Positions 28,388 through 38,858 are shown, counted from the stretch's first letter. The stretch: 64,000 nt of DNA from Candidatus Bathyarchaeota archaeon (GCA_963702095.1 OY969706.1:1440001-1504000), one strand, 5' to 3'. Numbers and translations: made by a program. Notes: generated by a model not told the origin, from the letters alone.

Positions 28388-30394
28388 ATGATGAACCATC
28401 AGACGCATGACATGCAAAACATGGACATGAAGGGTATGAAACACGGACCCCCAATGCATAGAATGCACACCAAAACCTTACGAACACGGTTCTGGGTTTG
28501 CCTTGCCCTCACGGTTCCCGTGTTGGCACTCTCAGGAACCATCCAAACGTGGTTCCAGTACACCCTAACAGTACCCTATCAACAATACCTTCTTCTGGTT
28601 TTGGCAGGAATTATCTACATCTACGGCGGCTGGCCATTCCTAACAGGGCTAATCAGCGAGCTTAGGCAGAAGCAGCCGGGTATGATGACGCTCATAAGCA
28701 CCGCAATCTCTGTAGCCTTCTTCTTTTCTGCTACAACCGTGTTTGTTCCCGTTGGAAACGATTTTTTCTGGGAACTCGCCACCTTAATCGATGTCATGTT
28801 GCTGGGGCATTGGCTTGAAGCCCGCAGCCTTTTAGGCGCCTCCCAAGCGCTTGAGGAACTGGCGAAGGTTATGCCGACAACCGCACATGTTGTGATGGAG
28901 GGGCACGTTATGGATATGCCTGTTGCAAACCTCCAGGTCGACAACGTTGTACTGGTTCGACCTGGCGAAAAAATTCCCTCCGACGGCACGGTGGTCGACG
29001 GTGAATCCTACGTCAACGAATCGCTCCTAACAGGCGAATCCAAACCAGTACACAAAAAAGCCTCCGACAAAGTGATCGGTGGAGCAGTAAACGGCGAGGG
29101 ATCATTGCGGGTAAGGGTTGAACGGGTAGGCAAGGAAACGTATCTTATGCAGGTGGTTAAGCTAGTCAGAGATGCGCAACAGAGTATATCACATACACAG
29201 GACCTTGCTAATCGCGCCGCTGCATTGCTCTTCTACGTCGCCATCACTGTCGCGGTGGTAACGTTTGTTGTTTGGGCGGTGATTGGCAACGCTCAGTTTG
29301 CGTTAACTCGAAGCGTAACCGTTCTAGTAATAGCTTGTCCCCACGCCTTGGGCTTAGCTATTCCACTGGTTGTTGCCCTCTCAACTTCGATAACCGCAAA
29401 AGGGGGAATTTTGATCCGTAACCGCAAAGCCTTCGAAGACGCCAGAGCCGTGGATGCGGTAGTTTTTGATAAGACTGGGACGTTGACGCTGGGGCAATTC
29501 GGCGTCTCCGATGTAGCAGCGTACCTTGAGACGGGAGAGATGTTGGCGTATACTGCGGCTGTTGAGCAAAACTCAGAGCACGTCATCGCCAAAGCCATAA
29601 TCGAATACGCCAAAACAAAAGGTGTAGCGGTTCCTAAGAGCAGCGGTTTCCAAGCCTTACCCGGCAGGGGAGCCAAAGCAGTGGTCAATAATAGAACCGT
29701 TTATGTCGGCAGCCCAAACCTGCTAGCTGAATTAAACATAGAAGATGCCGACGAAAAAACAATGTTACTTCAGAAGGCAAGCAAAACCGTTGTTTTCACC
29801 GTAATAAATGGAAAACTTGCCGGTGCATTCGCCCTCTCAGATAGGGTTCGGGAGGAATCCAAACAGGCAGTTACCAATTTGAAAGCAAGCGGCGTAAAAG
29901 TGTACATGTTAACCGGCGACTCTGCGGAAGTGGCGGAGGCAGTTGCAGGGGAACTGGGTATTGACAGCTACTTTGCAGGTGTTTTGCCTGACGAGAAAGC
30001 CCAAAAAATCTCTGAGCTTAAGCTGCAGGGGTTGCGGGTTGCGATGGTTGGCGACGGCATAAACGACGCCCCAGCACTGGCAACCGCAGACGTCGGAATC
30101 GCCATAGGGGCAGGAACAGACGTCGCCATAGAAAGCGCCGATATTATCTTAGTAAAGAACAATCCTCAAGACGTCGCCAAAGCGCTGGGTTACTCGAAGC
30201 GGACGTATTCTAAGATGGTTCAGAACCTCTGGTGGGCGGCAGGCTACAACATCTTTGCTATTCCCTTGGCAGCAGGGCTCTTTGCAGGCTTAGGCATCAT
30301 CGTTGACCCAGCTGTAGGCGCGATTTTAATGTCACTGTCGACTGTTTTGGTGGCGCTTAACAGCCAGACTCTACGCCGTGGCGAAAAAGTGTAG
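28388..30394 (+). CDS. copB: P1B-type copper-translocating ATPase (CopB-like)
   Basis: His/Met-rich N-terminus, TGES, ACPHALG, DKTGTLT, GDGINDAP. Confidence 0.9.
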   Translation: MMNHQTHDMQNMDMKGMKHGPPMHRMHTKTLRTRFWVCLALTVPVLALSGTIQTWFQYTLTVPYQQYLLLVLAGIIYIYGGWPFLTGLISELRQKQPGMMTLISTAISVAFFFSATTVFVPVGNDFFWELATLIDVMLLGHWLEARSLLGASQALEELAKVMPTTAHVVMEGHVMDMPVANLQVDNVVLVRPGEKIPSDGTVVDGESYVNESLLTGESKPVHKKASDKVIGGAVNGEGSLRVRVERVGKETYLMQVVKLVRDAQQSISHTQDLANRAAALLFYVAITVAVVTFVVWAVIGNAQFALTRSVTVLVIACPHALGLAIPLVVALSTSITAKGGILIRNRKAFEDARAVDAVVFDKTGTLTLGQFGVSDVAAYLETGEMLAYTAAVEQNSEHVIAKAIIEYAKTKGVAVPKSSGFQALPGRGAKAVVNNRTVYVGSPNLLAELNIEDADEKTMLLQKASKTVVFTVINGKLAGAFALSDRVREESKQAVTNLKASGVKVYMLTGDSAEVAEAVAGELGIDSYFAGVLPDEKAQKISELKLQGLRVAMVGDGINDAPALATADVGIAIGAGTDVAIESADIILVKNNPQDVAKALGYSKRTYSKMVQNLWWAAGYNIFAIPLAAGLFAGLGIIVDPAVGAILMSLSTVLVALNSQTLRRGEKV

Positions 30395-30396
30395 TA

Positions 30397-31389
30397 TCAG
30401 ATTGGGGGTTTAGCGATTTTTTTGCCCGTTAATGTCTTCATCCACCGTTTAAACTCGTCTGAGACGGGGTGATCGAGGAAGAGTTGTTTGCGTTTAGCTT
30501 CGAGGAACAGGTTTTCTTTGCCAACATATTCTGCGGCTGTAACGATGCCGTGACCCGCCTCCTTAGTCTTTTTAAAAGCCGCCTCCATCTTTGACCGCCA
30601 AAACTCATCCCGAAGAACGTGATGCTCCAAAACCACAAGCGGCACCGCCTCAACGATGCGCTCCAAATTGCTGAGTCCCAGCTCAAGCTGCCGCTCCTCA
30701 ACACGGAACCCCGCAAGGTACAGCGGTGGACCACCCAACATAATCACGTCAGGTTTAGCAGCCAAAATCAGCTCTGTCGTGTGCTTCGACATGGGTCCCT
30801 GCACGTCGGGCGCATGCATAAACCGCTCGCCGCTGCATTCGACGATTGCCATTATAACCCAGCCCAGCATCCCACCCTCTGAGCCATGCGCTACCGCCTC
30901 AGAAAACCGAAGTGTTGTGTCGCCGAAGTGGAAGGACTTGCCGTCTGCTGCCTCGATGGATTTGGCATATTTGCCGCCTGTTTTCTGGAACATCCAGGCC
31001 CGTTGCCGCTGGCTGGCGTTGATGTTTTCTTTAGGGTTCTTGGCGAGTACAACTTTGTCGTGGTAGATTTGGCGTGCGGTTTCGCCTTGTTCTGTCCAGT
31101 TGACGACCCAGTCTTCGTAGCTCGGGGTGTGGTGGTCAAAATGGTAGTGGCTAATTGTTGTGACTGCGGCTTTGTCGGCGACTTCCGCGATTTCTCTGCG
31201 GAGGCGCTGGATGGTTTGGAATTCGATGGGGTGAGGCGGCAGGTTAAAACGCCACGGACAAAGCGAAACTCCAGCATCCAACAGCAACGCTACGTCGGGG
31301 GTTTCTACGAGGGTACACATGGAGCGAACGCCGAAACTCTCCGAAGCCAACGGAGTGACCTTGAGTTTATGCAGTGCTGTGTTAGGCAT
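30397..31389 (-). CDS. Metallo-beta-lactamase fold protein (UPF0282-like)
   Basis: SESFGVRSMCT, SHYHFDHHTP, DVQGP, EHHVLRD. Confidence 0.85.
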   Translation of the reverse strand: MPNTALHKLKVTPLASESFGVRSMCTLVETPDVALLLDAGVSLCPWRFNLPPHPIEFQTIQRLRREIAEVADKAAVTTISHYHFDHHTPSYEDWVVNWTEQGETARQIYHDKVVLAKNPKENINASQRQRAWMFQKTGGKYAKSIEAADGKSFHFGDTTLRFSEAVAHGSEGGMLGWVIMAIVECSGERFMHAPDVQGPMSKHTTELILAAKPDVIMLGGPPLYLAGFRVEERQLELGLSNLERIVEAVPLVVLEHHVLRDEFWRSKMEAAFKKTKEAGHGIVTAAEYVGKENLFLEAKRKQLFLDHPVSDEFKRWMKTLTGKKIAKPPI

Positions 31390-31498
31390 GATTGACCCTT
31401 GCTTACCTTGTAGTTGCAGAGGTAAAAACTTTCCCAGCGTTGGGCAAAAACAATTAATGCATAAGCGCACTTGCAATTCTATGTAGAGGCTGATTTTG

Positions 31499-32065
31499 AT
31501 GAGTCAACAACCAAGCGAAAAACCAAACCTTGAAGTTGCCACACTGGCGGCAGGTTGCTTCTGGTGCATCGAAGCCGCGTTTAGCATCATCAAAGGCGTA
31601 GAGCGCATCGAACCCGGTTACACTGGCGGCACCTTAGCTAACCCCAGCTACGAGGAGGTTTCATCGGGCAAAACCGGGCATGCGGAGGCAGCGCAGATTT
31701 TCTTTGACCCCAAAGTCATCGATTACCGCACTATCCTTGAGATTTTCTTCACCGTACATGACCCCACCTCGCTTAACCGCCAGGGCGCAGACGTGGGCAC
31801 CCAGTACCGAAGCGCCATTTTCTACCACAGCGAACAGCAAAAGGAGATAGCTCTGCAGCTGATTGGTGAACTCAACAAAGAGGGCATCTGGAACCAACCC
31901 ATAGTCACCGAAGTTGTGCCGCTTATTAAATTCTATAAAGCCGAAACCTACCACAAAGACTACTTCAAAAAACACCCCAAAGAACCCTACTGTCAAGCCG
32001 TAATTGCGCCGAAGATTGCGAAGTTGCAGGCGCATTTTGTGGACAAAATCAAGGTGCCCCTATGA
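31499..32065 (+). CDS. msrA: Peptide methionine sulfoxide reductase A
   Basis: GCFWC, GYTGG, TGHAE, HDPT, RQGADVGTQYRS. Confidence 0.95.
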   Translation: MSQQPSEKPNLEVATLAAGCFWCIEAAFSIIKGVERIEPGYTGGTLANPSYEEVSSGKTGHAEAAQIFFDPKVIDYRTILEIFFTVHDPTSLNRQGADVGTQYRSAIFYHSEQQKEIALQLIGELNKEGIWNQPIVTEVVPLIKFYKAETYHKDYFKKHPKEPYCQAVIAPKIAKLQAHFVDKIKVPL

Positions 32066-32628
32066 CCCAGCAAGCATTAACCAGCGCTGAAGGGGTTCTG
32101 CTTGAGATTGAGGCATCGGCTGAAAAACAGTATTTGCCCATCATCGGACCCGCCAAGGGCAAGTACCTCGTTGAGGAAGTGTGCAAAGCTAATCCGATGC
32201 ATGTGCTCGAAGTGGGTGCGTTGATTGGGTATTCGGCGGTTTTGATGGGTAGAGAAATGGCTGAGGGCTCAGAGATCATATCTATAGAAATCCACTCTGA
32301 CGAGGCAGAGTTGGCAATGCAGAACATCATGCGAGCCGATATACCTGCTAAAGTTAGGGTCCTCACAGGCAACGCGCTTGACATTATCCCGACCCTGCAG
32401 GGACCGTTTGATTTCGCGTTTATCGATGCCGAAAAAACGGAGTACTTGCGGTACCTCAGGTTGATGGAGCCCATGCTGCATGTGGGCACGGTGGTCTTTG
32501 CGGATAACGCGGGCATGTTTCATGATCAAATGCGTGACTACCTCAGGTACGTGCGCAGTTCAGGCAACTATCGTAGCCGCTACATTCAGGTAGGGGACGA
32601 CGGCGTGGAAATCAGCGTTAAACTGTAG
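32062..32628 (+). CDS. O-methyltransferase (Methyltransf_3 family)
   Basis: VLEVGALIGYSA, FDFAFIDAEK, ADN. Confidence 0.88.
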   Translation: MTQQALTSAEGVLLEIEASAEKQYLPIIGPAKGKYLVEEVCKANPMHVLEVGALIGYSAVLMGREMAEGSEIISIEIHSDEAELAMQNIMRADIPAKVRVLTGNALDIIPTLQGPFDFAFIDAEKTEYLRYLRLMEPMLHVGTVVFADNAGMFHDQMRDYLRYVRSSGNYRSRYIQVGDDGVEISVKL

Positions 32629-33691
32629 CGGGCGGGGTTTTGCCTGTTTTTATGCGGTCAAGCAAGGGCACCGTGAGGTTCATTATGACCAAAGCGAGGA
32701 TGGAGCCGCCTAAGAAGCCCATGAACGTTTGAATGAGCACCGTCAACACAGCCACGCCTACACCGAAAATGACCTGCGCCCCATGCTTGTTGGGAGTCGT
32801 CGCTGGATCCGTCACCATGAAGAAGGCAAGGAAAATGGAGCTACCGATGAACAATTCAAATCCCAGCCGAAGCAAGAAGTCGCCTCCGAATACACCGAAC
32901 ATAGCCGCTGACATCACCGCGATACCCGTGAAATAGGCGGCTGTGACGCGCCATTTGATGTATTTTCTTGCAAGGATGAATAGTGCTAAGCCAACGATTA
33001 TGACTGCTAATGCCGAGGCGCCGCCTACCCAGCCGTGATACTTTAGAAGCCCCAGAATGCTGAAAACTTCTGCGGGGTTGGCGTGTATCGTGTCTGGTCT
33101 TGCGGGGAAGTAGCCGAAGCAGCCTGCCACAAGCGGACCAAAAGCGCTTGCCAATGAAGGGTTAGCGGGGTTATAGTTGTAGCCGACGGCGCCCGCCAAG
33201 AGAAGAGAGTCCTTGTGAGCCTGCGCTAACAGCACAGTTTGGAGAAACGGCAGGAAAACCAGCAGTTTAGCAGCTGCGGCAGCGTTAACGTATTTACGTT
33301 TCAGAAGCCCCTGTAGCTTACGGAAAACCACTTCGCCAACCGCCGAGATTATGGCGACGTAGACGTATGCCATCGGCGCTGTCAAGGGAAGCACCTCAGG
33401 TTCATAGGCAGGGGTGAGGTAGTAACCGAAGGTCCATACGTTGCTGCTGGCTAAACTGTAAGATAACGCAACGATTTGTCCAAACACAACGGCTGAAAGG
33501 ATGCTTCGGGGGAATTTCTTTTTGCTGACCAGTGAAAGGGCGTATTCGATGGCGACTGCTACGGCAACTGAGGTGAGAACCAACAGCACAGGGGTATACC
33601 CCCATGGAACTACAGCTACCGCAGTTAAAACGGATAAGGCGACGATGGTGTACTTCAAAAGTTTACTTTTTTGTTCCCCAGATGCTGACAA
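32618..33691 (-). CDS. RnfD/NqrB-family membrane protein, stand-alone
   Basis: AFFMVTDPATTP, NLTVPLLDR, IKWR motifs. Confidence 0.78.
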   Translation of the reverse strand: MSASGEQKSKLLKYTIVALSVLTAVAVVPWGYTPVLLVLTSVAVAVAIEYALSLVSKKKFPRSILSAVVFGQIVALSYSLASSNVWTFGYYLTPAYEPEVLPLTAPMAYVYVAIISAVGEVVFRKLQGLLKRKYVNAAAAAKLLVFLPFLQTVLLAQAHKDSLLLAGAVGYNYNPANPSLASAFGPLVAGCFGYFPARPDTIHANPAEVFSILGLLKYHGWVGGASALAVIIVGLALFILARKYIKWRVTAAYFTGIAVMSAAMFGVFGGDFLLRLGFELFIGSSIFLAFFMVTDPATTPNKHGAQVIFGVGVAVLTVLIQTFMGFLGGSILALVIMNLTVPLLDRIKTGKTPPATV

Positions 33692-33794
33692 ACTTGGACC
33701 CGAAGGTAACTCGACTGATTATAATTTAAGATTTATGGTAAAAATAATTACGCAGCAAAAACTCAAAATGGGTATTACAGATGGGAACTAAGAA

Positions 33795-34736
33795 TTAGAG
33801 CCTGTGGTATCTGCGTCGCCTGCGGGGTTTCGGTTTGGGTTTTCTTAGCCGCTCACCACATTGAGGACAGTACGCTATTCCATTTGAAACGGGCAGGACG
33901 CTGCCTTCAGCCCAAAAATGGCCGTGGCTGCATTCGAGGTCAAACTCATAACTCTCTGTTTCGTAGTCTTGGGGGTTGGTTAAGATGTCTTTTTTGAGGG
34001 AAACCTTGCTTTTTATGATTTCATGAGGAGGATAAACAGCAGCGGGGGCGACTGGTGGCGGTGGCGCTATTGGTTTAACAGGAGCGGTTATTTCAACTAA
34101 CGTAGGTTTTGCTAAAATAATGAGTGTAGTTTTAGATGGGGTTACAATCGGTGTTGTTTTTTCGGGGGCAAGTTTTTCTGGGGTGACAATAGGACCAGAT
34201 TGGGCAATCGGGTTTGATGGTTCCATAGGAAGGGGTTGAGGGGCTGGTTTGGGCAAAACAGCAGGTTTACGTTGAACTACGCTGTGACCCGCAACAGGTC
34301 GGGCGAAAGTAATGGTGAATCTAGCTTCTGGTTTAGATTGTTTAGCCTTCTTAGGTTTGACAATATGTTTAGCCGATATAAACGGTTTAGGCGCCGCAAC
34401 GGGCTTTGCCTGAGGGACAACTTTGCCGGGAGCAGCAGTCTTTGCCGAAGCGAATGCTTTAGGAGCCGCTGCCTTAACCTCAGACGTTTTGACAGCAGAA
34501 ACTGCTTTAACAGAAGCAGCTGTCCCAGCAGATTTGTCTTTGGCAACTTTGATTTTGAGCGGCGACACTTGGGGGATAACGACTTTAGCTATCGTTACAT
34601 CTCTGTCGACACGGCTTAAGGGGTTACCCTGTGCCCGCTTAGTATTTACCATTGGAGCGGTGGTTGATTGTCCACAGTCAGTGCAAACTTTACTGTATTC
34701 GGGGAGTCTGCGCCCGCATTTTCGGCAAAACGGCAA
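33795..34736 (-). CDS. Zinc-ribbon protein with a long Pro/Ala/Lys-rich linker
   Basis: FCRKCG...CTDCG at the N-terminus; CSHGH...CPQCG and a basic tail at the C-terminus. Confidence 0.72.
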   Translation of the reverse strand: MPFCRKCGRRLPEYSKVCTDCGQSTTAPMVNTKRAQGNPLSRVDRDVTIAKVVIPQVSPLKIKVAKDKSAGTAASVKAVSAVKTSEVKAAAPKAFASAKTAAPGKVVPQAKPVAAPKPFISAKHIVKPKKAKQSKPEARFTITFARPVAGHSVVQRKPAVLPKPAPQPLPMEPSNPIAQSGPIVTPEKLAPEKTTPIVTPSKTTLIILAKPTLVEITAPVKPIAPPPPVAPAAVYPPHEIIKSKVSLKKDILTNPQDYETESYEFDLECSHGHFWAEGSVLPVSNGIAYCPQCGERLRKPKPKPRRRRRYHRL

Positions 34737-35029
34737 ATGAGTTCACTTTGAAGCTTTAGTGAAGATGTTTGGCGGCATGCCTTAAGAATTTTTTGAGCCT
34801 ACCTGAACATTTAAAGCCTGTTTGTGCAGTTTTTGATGGTGGTGGGCGATGACGAGTCTGGCCCCGCAGACCGCAAGGATGATGTGGATCTTGAGTGCGG
34901 ACGACGTTGGCGATGACAACTTCAGGCTTGACTTGAATGTTGAGTCGACGCCACAAGAGCTCACCTACAGATGCCTAAAACTACTAAACCCTTCTAAACA
35001 AACTTAAGGGTTCTTTGCGATGATACTTT

Positions 35030-35398
35030 CTAAGAGGTAGCCTTTGATTTTTGAATTCTAAAGGCTAAATACAAATTTACCACGACTGCGGTCAAGAATA
35101 AAATCAGCGTTAAAATTGCAGTCGAATCCGTGTACATGGCCCAAATGCCCCCAGAAAAACCGCCTGAATAATCAGGTATGGGCTCATAACGGACATACCA
35201 GGGGAGACTTGTACTGATCGATACAGTGGTTTTATTAAAAACGCCTATCATCGAATAGTGAACGTAATCTAAAACTAGATAGAACATGACAAGCATTGCA
35301 TTAACAAAAAGCATTATCTTGAAGCTTCTAGTCATTTGCATAGCCATTTTACGATAGCTTAAACGTGTATATATAACTTTGTAAACCAAAAAAATCAA
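35030..35398 (-). CDS. Two-TM hypothetical protein (start uncertain)
   Basis: Two hydrophobic helices, AT-rich context. Confidence 0.55.
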   Translation of the reverse strand: MIFLVYKVIYTRLSYRKMAMQMTRSFKIMLFVNAMLVMFYLVLDYVHYSMIGVFNKTTVSISTSLPWYVRYEPIPDYSGGFSGGIWAMYTDSTAILTLILFLTAVVVNLYLAFRIQKSKATS

Positions 35399-35934
35399 AT
35401 ATTTTATTTTTCATTTTCTACTTTTCCTGAAATAGTAATTCTCTGTATATTCCCCTATTAAGGGTATAACAAGAACTTCTGCCAGGTATACGTTCAAGTA
35501 TACATATCTTCGCCCGCTATACGACCACATAGTAAAATCCTGCACTTCCTCAAAGTCTAACTTCTCATCCTTGTGTCACCGTCAAGGGCAAAGTCAAATC
35601 AATCTTTGATTCCCAAACGTGCAGATTTGCCAGTGAAGAATTAAGTGCACTTCGACTTGAAGCTCTGCTTGCTATCCCTTTACAACTCAGCGCAAACGAA
35701 GGATTACACGAATTGGAAATAGTTTGGATATTAGGGAATAGGCGCTCCTTACGAGCAATGGGGAAAAATTAGGTTTCGATGTGTCTCTTCTTCTAAGACT
35801 ATAAAGAGAAAAGAGCGAAATGCTATGCCCTATTAAGTGGTAGAATGATTGGACTTGGCGAACCAGCGAGTGATTGGAATTGGCAGAAGCAGTCAGTCAC
35901 CGGCTCGCCAAGTATTCGAGAAGGGTTTAGCAGT

Positions 35935-36060
35935 TTAGCAGTCTATGAGATGTGCTGTGCCGTCGGCGCAGTAAACTTTGTCCCACAATTTAGCGGTGCT
36001 ATATCGCCGTTTACACTCAACCAACTGCTTTGAGCAACCTTCACAATCTTTACTTAACAC
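35935..36060 (-). CDS. 41 aa Cys-rich microprotein
   Basis: GGTGAGG RBS, GTG start; MLSKDCEGCSKQLVECKRRYSTAKLWDKVYCADGTAHLIDC. Confidence 0.62.
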   Translation of the reverse strand: MLSKDCEGCSKQLVECKRRYSTAKLWDKVYCADGTAHLIDC

Positions 36061-36167
36061 TTTATCGCCTCACCGTTAAGTTAAACCATAGTTATGGATT
36101 GAATGAAACAAATAAAGGTTGTTAAGAATCAATATGAACTATGCATAAGTACAACAGATCAACAAGA

Positions 36168-36887
36168 CTATTTTTTGGCTTTGTACCCCTCGACAAATCG
36201 GTTATCAATGTACTCTTCCCAGAACTCCTTAAAGCACTTCCGATACTTAGGCAGCCGCGAACGCCCCCGCCAAGTGGATTTGTCAGCGAACTTTTTGATT
36301 TCCGCCGAAGGCTTAAAGTACGCGAGGGCGTTCTCAACGCTTAGCACAAACGGCGGGTGACCATAATACATGCTGACCCAACTGGATATCATGCTGCCTG
36401 TTCGATGGTTGCCCTCCACAAAGAGCTGCGGATGCCCAAGGATAGCAACGTAGACTTCCGCTGCAACTTTGAGCGGATGAGGTTCACCCTTCATATGTCT
36501 AGTATACCATTTTTCTACAGGTGCGATTCCCTGATAAAATTTTTCTTCGTTAAACATTATAGCCTTGTGGTACTGCAGCCGCAGCGCCCAGTCAACTCCA
36601 TAATGCACCAAGTTGTTGAGTTCAAGCATTTCACATAGGCTCTGAGGCGAAAAAGGGTTGATGCCCCTTCTGAGTAAACCATCCAGATGCCTGTAAGCCA
36701 GCATCATCCGCCCTCTAACCACACAATCAAACGGTGTATCGCGGCGCCCGATTTTTTTGGAGGCTAATTCATCGTCGATGTTTTTCCAATTTTTTTCCAC
36801 TCCGATTAGGGATTGCTCTACCGCTTCAATGTTAAACTTGAGTATTTTTGCTTGACTCTCAATTACTTTGGGCAACTTGATTAACAT
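36168..36887 (-). CDS. Fic/Fido-like protein with a divergent motif
   Basis: HPQLFVEGNHRTG resembles HPFxxGNGR. Confidence 0.65.
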   Translation of the reverse strand: MLIKLPKVIESQAKILKFNIEAVEQSLIGVEKNWKNIDDELASKKIGRRDTPFDCVVRGRMMLAYRHLDGLLRRGINPFSPQSLCEMLELNNLVHYGVDWALRLQYHKAIMFNEEKFYQGIAPVEKWYTRHMKGEPHPLKVAAEVYVAILGHPQLFVEGNHRTGSMISSWVSMYYGHPPFVLSVENALAYFKPSAEIKKFADKSTWRGRSRLPKYRKCFKEFWEEYIDNRFVEGYKAKK

Positions 36888-37021
36888 GGAAAAACGGGGT
36901 ATTTAGGCATTGAAGATTCCTAAACGATTGTGGCTGTATATATGCAAGCATAAACACTAAAATGACATGTTTCTTATTTTGCGCCCAGCAGCTTATCCTT
37001 GTTTTTGGGAGGTGAGTTTTT

Positions 37022-37252
37022 TTGGAGAACAAAGAACCAGCTCAACAGGGCATGCTCAGCAACAACACCTACGACCTTATGGCACAGTTAACTGAGGAAA
37101 ACCAGAGTCTTTGGCGAATAAGGAAAAACTACAAAAAAGACGCAACAAACGACAATGAAGCTATGGAGTTTTGGAATTACCTAGAAAAAGACAAGCAGGA
37201 CCACATCAAACGCTTAACTGAGCTTTTGGAGAAACGCATGAAAACTCTGTAG
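37022..37252 (+). CDS. Small ferritin-like helical protein
   Basis: NNTYDLMAQLTEENQSLWRI...DKQDHIKRL; GGAGGTGA RBS. Confidence 0.7.
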   Translation: MENKEPAQQGMLSNNTYDLMAQLTEENQSLWRIRKNYKKDATNDNEAMEFWNYLEKDKQDHIKRLTELLEKRMKTL

Positions 37253-37379
37253 ATAATGGTTAATTATTTTCCTCAATATTTTTCCGACAGCTTTTTTATG
37301 ATGTAATCGCTGCCTTCAAACAGTGGAAGTTAACTGGGCAAGTCCTCTACGTTCTGTAGCCGAAGACAAAAATTGAAGG

Positions 37380-37952
37380 TTATTCTGGAGGTTTTTCCCA
37401 TAACTGCAGCTTTTCTTTCTTGAGTTCGGTGCGTTTACGTTGTAGGTACTTGTAGACGGTGTGGTGCTCGCAGCCGTCGATTACCATTTGTACTGCGTTT
37501 CTTGCGGCGTCGGCTTCTTCAAAGCTGCCGATAATCCCCACCGTGTGTCCGTAGACCACTACGTCTGCTTCGGTTAATTCTTCGATAAGCTTTCGGGTTT
37601 TGCCTTCAGTGCCAATTATTCTGCCCTTGATGCGTCTAATGTCGGATTCTGAGCGCCCGAAAATCAATCGCAAATCTACCAGGCTGTAGATGTCGTCTTC
37701 GTTGCGGATCAAGCGATAGGCGGTTTCAGGCGCGAAGCCTCTGCCTATGGCTGTCACTATGTCTTTGGCTCTGAGCAACAGTGAGGGGTCGGTGCATTTT
37801 TCTGAAAGTATAATTCTGACGCTTCCTTCCCTGTCGATATCAAGTGTTACCTGAAGCTTTGCTTCGATGTGCTGCTTAACTTTTCCTTCAGGACCAACCA
37901 GTATACCGACGCGTTCTTTTGGAATCTTTACAAACATGTCTGGACCGGGCAT
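37380..37952 (-). CDS. KH-domain pre-rRNA processing protein (Dim2/Pno1/Krr1-like)
   Basis: VGPEG, AIGRGF, KGRIIGTEGKTR, HHTVYKYL. Confidence 0.92.
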   Translation of the reverse strand: MPGPDMFVKIPKERVGILVGPEGKVKQHIEAKLQVTLDIDREGSVRIILSEKCTDPSLLLRAKDIVTAIGRGFAPETAYRLIRNEDDIYSLVDLRLIFGRSESDIRRIKGRIIGTEGKTRKLIEELTEADVVVYGHTVGIIGSFEEADAARNAVQMVIDGCEHHTVYKYLQRKRTELKKEKLQLWEKPPE

Positions 37953-38734
37953 TATTTACCGACAACCAATTTATGTAATTCTTCAACTGGAATGACTTCT
38001 ACGTTTTGGCGACTAAAGAACCTATTGACGTTTGCCAAATCTCTTCGCAGCATAAAGTCGGCAAGCGGATGCTGAATGGAAACTGATTGGGAAACGTCGA
38101 AAATGACGGGTTTGCCTTTCCACATCATAATGTTGTATTCGCTGAGGTCGCCGTGGACGATTTTAGCTTTTTGATAGAGCCGTTTGAGGGCAGTTACGAT
38201 GACTTTGTAGACTTTTTCAGGGTCTTCGGGCGGCTGCTCTTTTAGTGAGGGTGCGCTTACGCCTTCTTTGCCGATGAACTCCATAACGACAACGTTGCTT
38301 TTGACCGCGATGGGTTTTGGCACACGCACCTTCGCCGCGTCTGCTTCACCTAAATTGCGGAACTCTTTTTGCGCCCAAACCGAAATCAACGAACGAGTGT
38401 CATGTTTGACGTCTTTGAAGCGGGGGTCACCTTCAATGTATTTGTGCATGCCGCGTTTGAATTCAGCTGAAGAAGTCAAATAGATTTTTACTGCTAAATC
38501 GACGCCGTCTTTGGTGGTGCCCCAGTAAACCCGGGCTTCCTTGCCGGAACTTACAACACCGTTTAACTCGTGGAGTATGCCGCTGTTCATTAAATCAAAA
38601 ACAACCATTCGAGTGGCTTGGTCAAAGACTTCTTCGACGGTGGCGCGTTCGCTTGATTTGTCATGGGTTAGCATTTTGTCTCTGCGTTCCACTGCTTTTT
38701 CGCGGTGGCTGAGGCGTTCATGGGCTTTGGACAT
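37952..38734 (-). CDS. rio1: RIO1 serine kinase
   Basis: SSGKEARVY, AVKIY, WAQKEFRNL, HGDLSEYN, FDVSQSV. Confidence 0.95.
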   Translation of the reverse strand: MSKAHERLSHREKAVERRDKMLTHDKSSERATVEEVFDQATRMVVFDLMNSGILHELNGVVSSGKEARVYWGTTKDGVDLAVKIYLTSSAEFKRGMHKYIEGDPRFKDVKHDTRSLISVWAQKEFRNLGEADAAKVRVPKPIAVKSNVVVMEFIGKEGVSAPSLKEQPPEDPEKVYKVIVTALKRLYQKAKIVHGDLSEYNIMMWKGKPVIFDVSQSVSIQHPLADFMLRRDLANVNRFFSRQNVEVIPVEELHKLVVGK

Positions 38735-38858
38735 GTTGAGTCACCAAGCTATAAGACGTCGCCTATTTAAAAGCAACCAAGCTGAACAAGGCTAAAAACC
38801 CTTAAGGGGTTAGGGGTGGGTTTGAGGGTTTTCTGTTTCAAATAAAAGTGAAAGGGCG

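Noticed and set aside
35400-35850. ORF-poor AT-rich stretch suspected to be an integrase remnant
   Set aside because: The frames I translated gave no recognisable recombinase motifs
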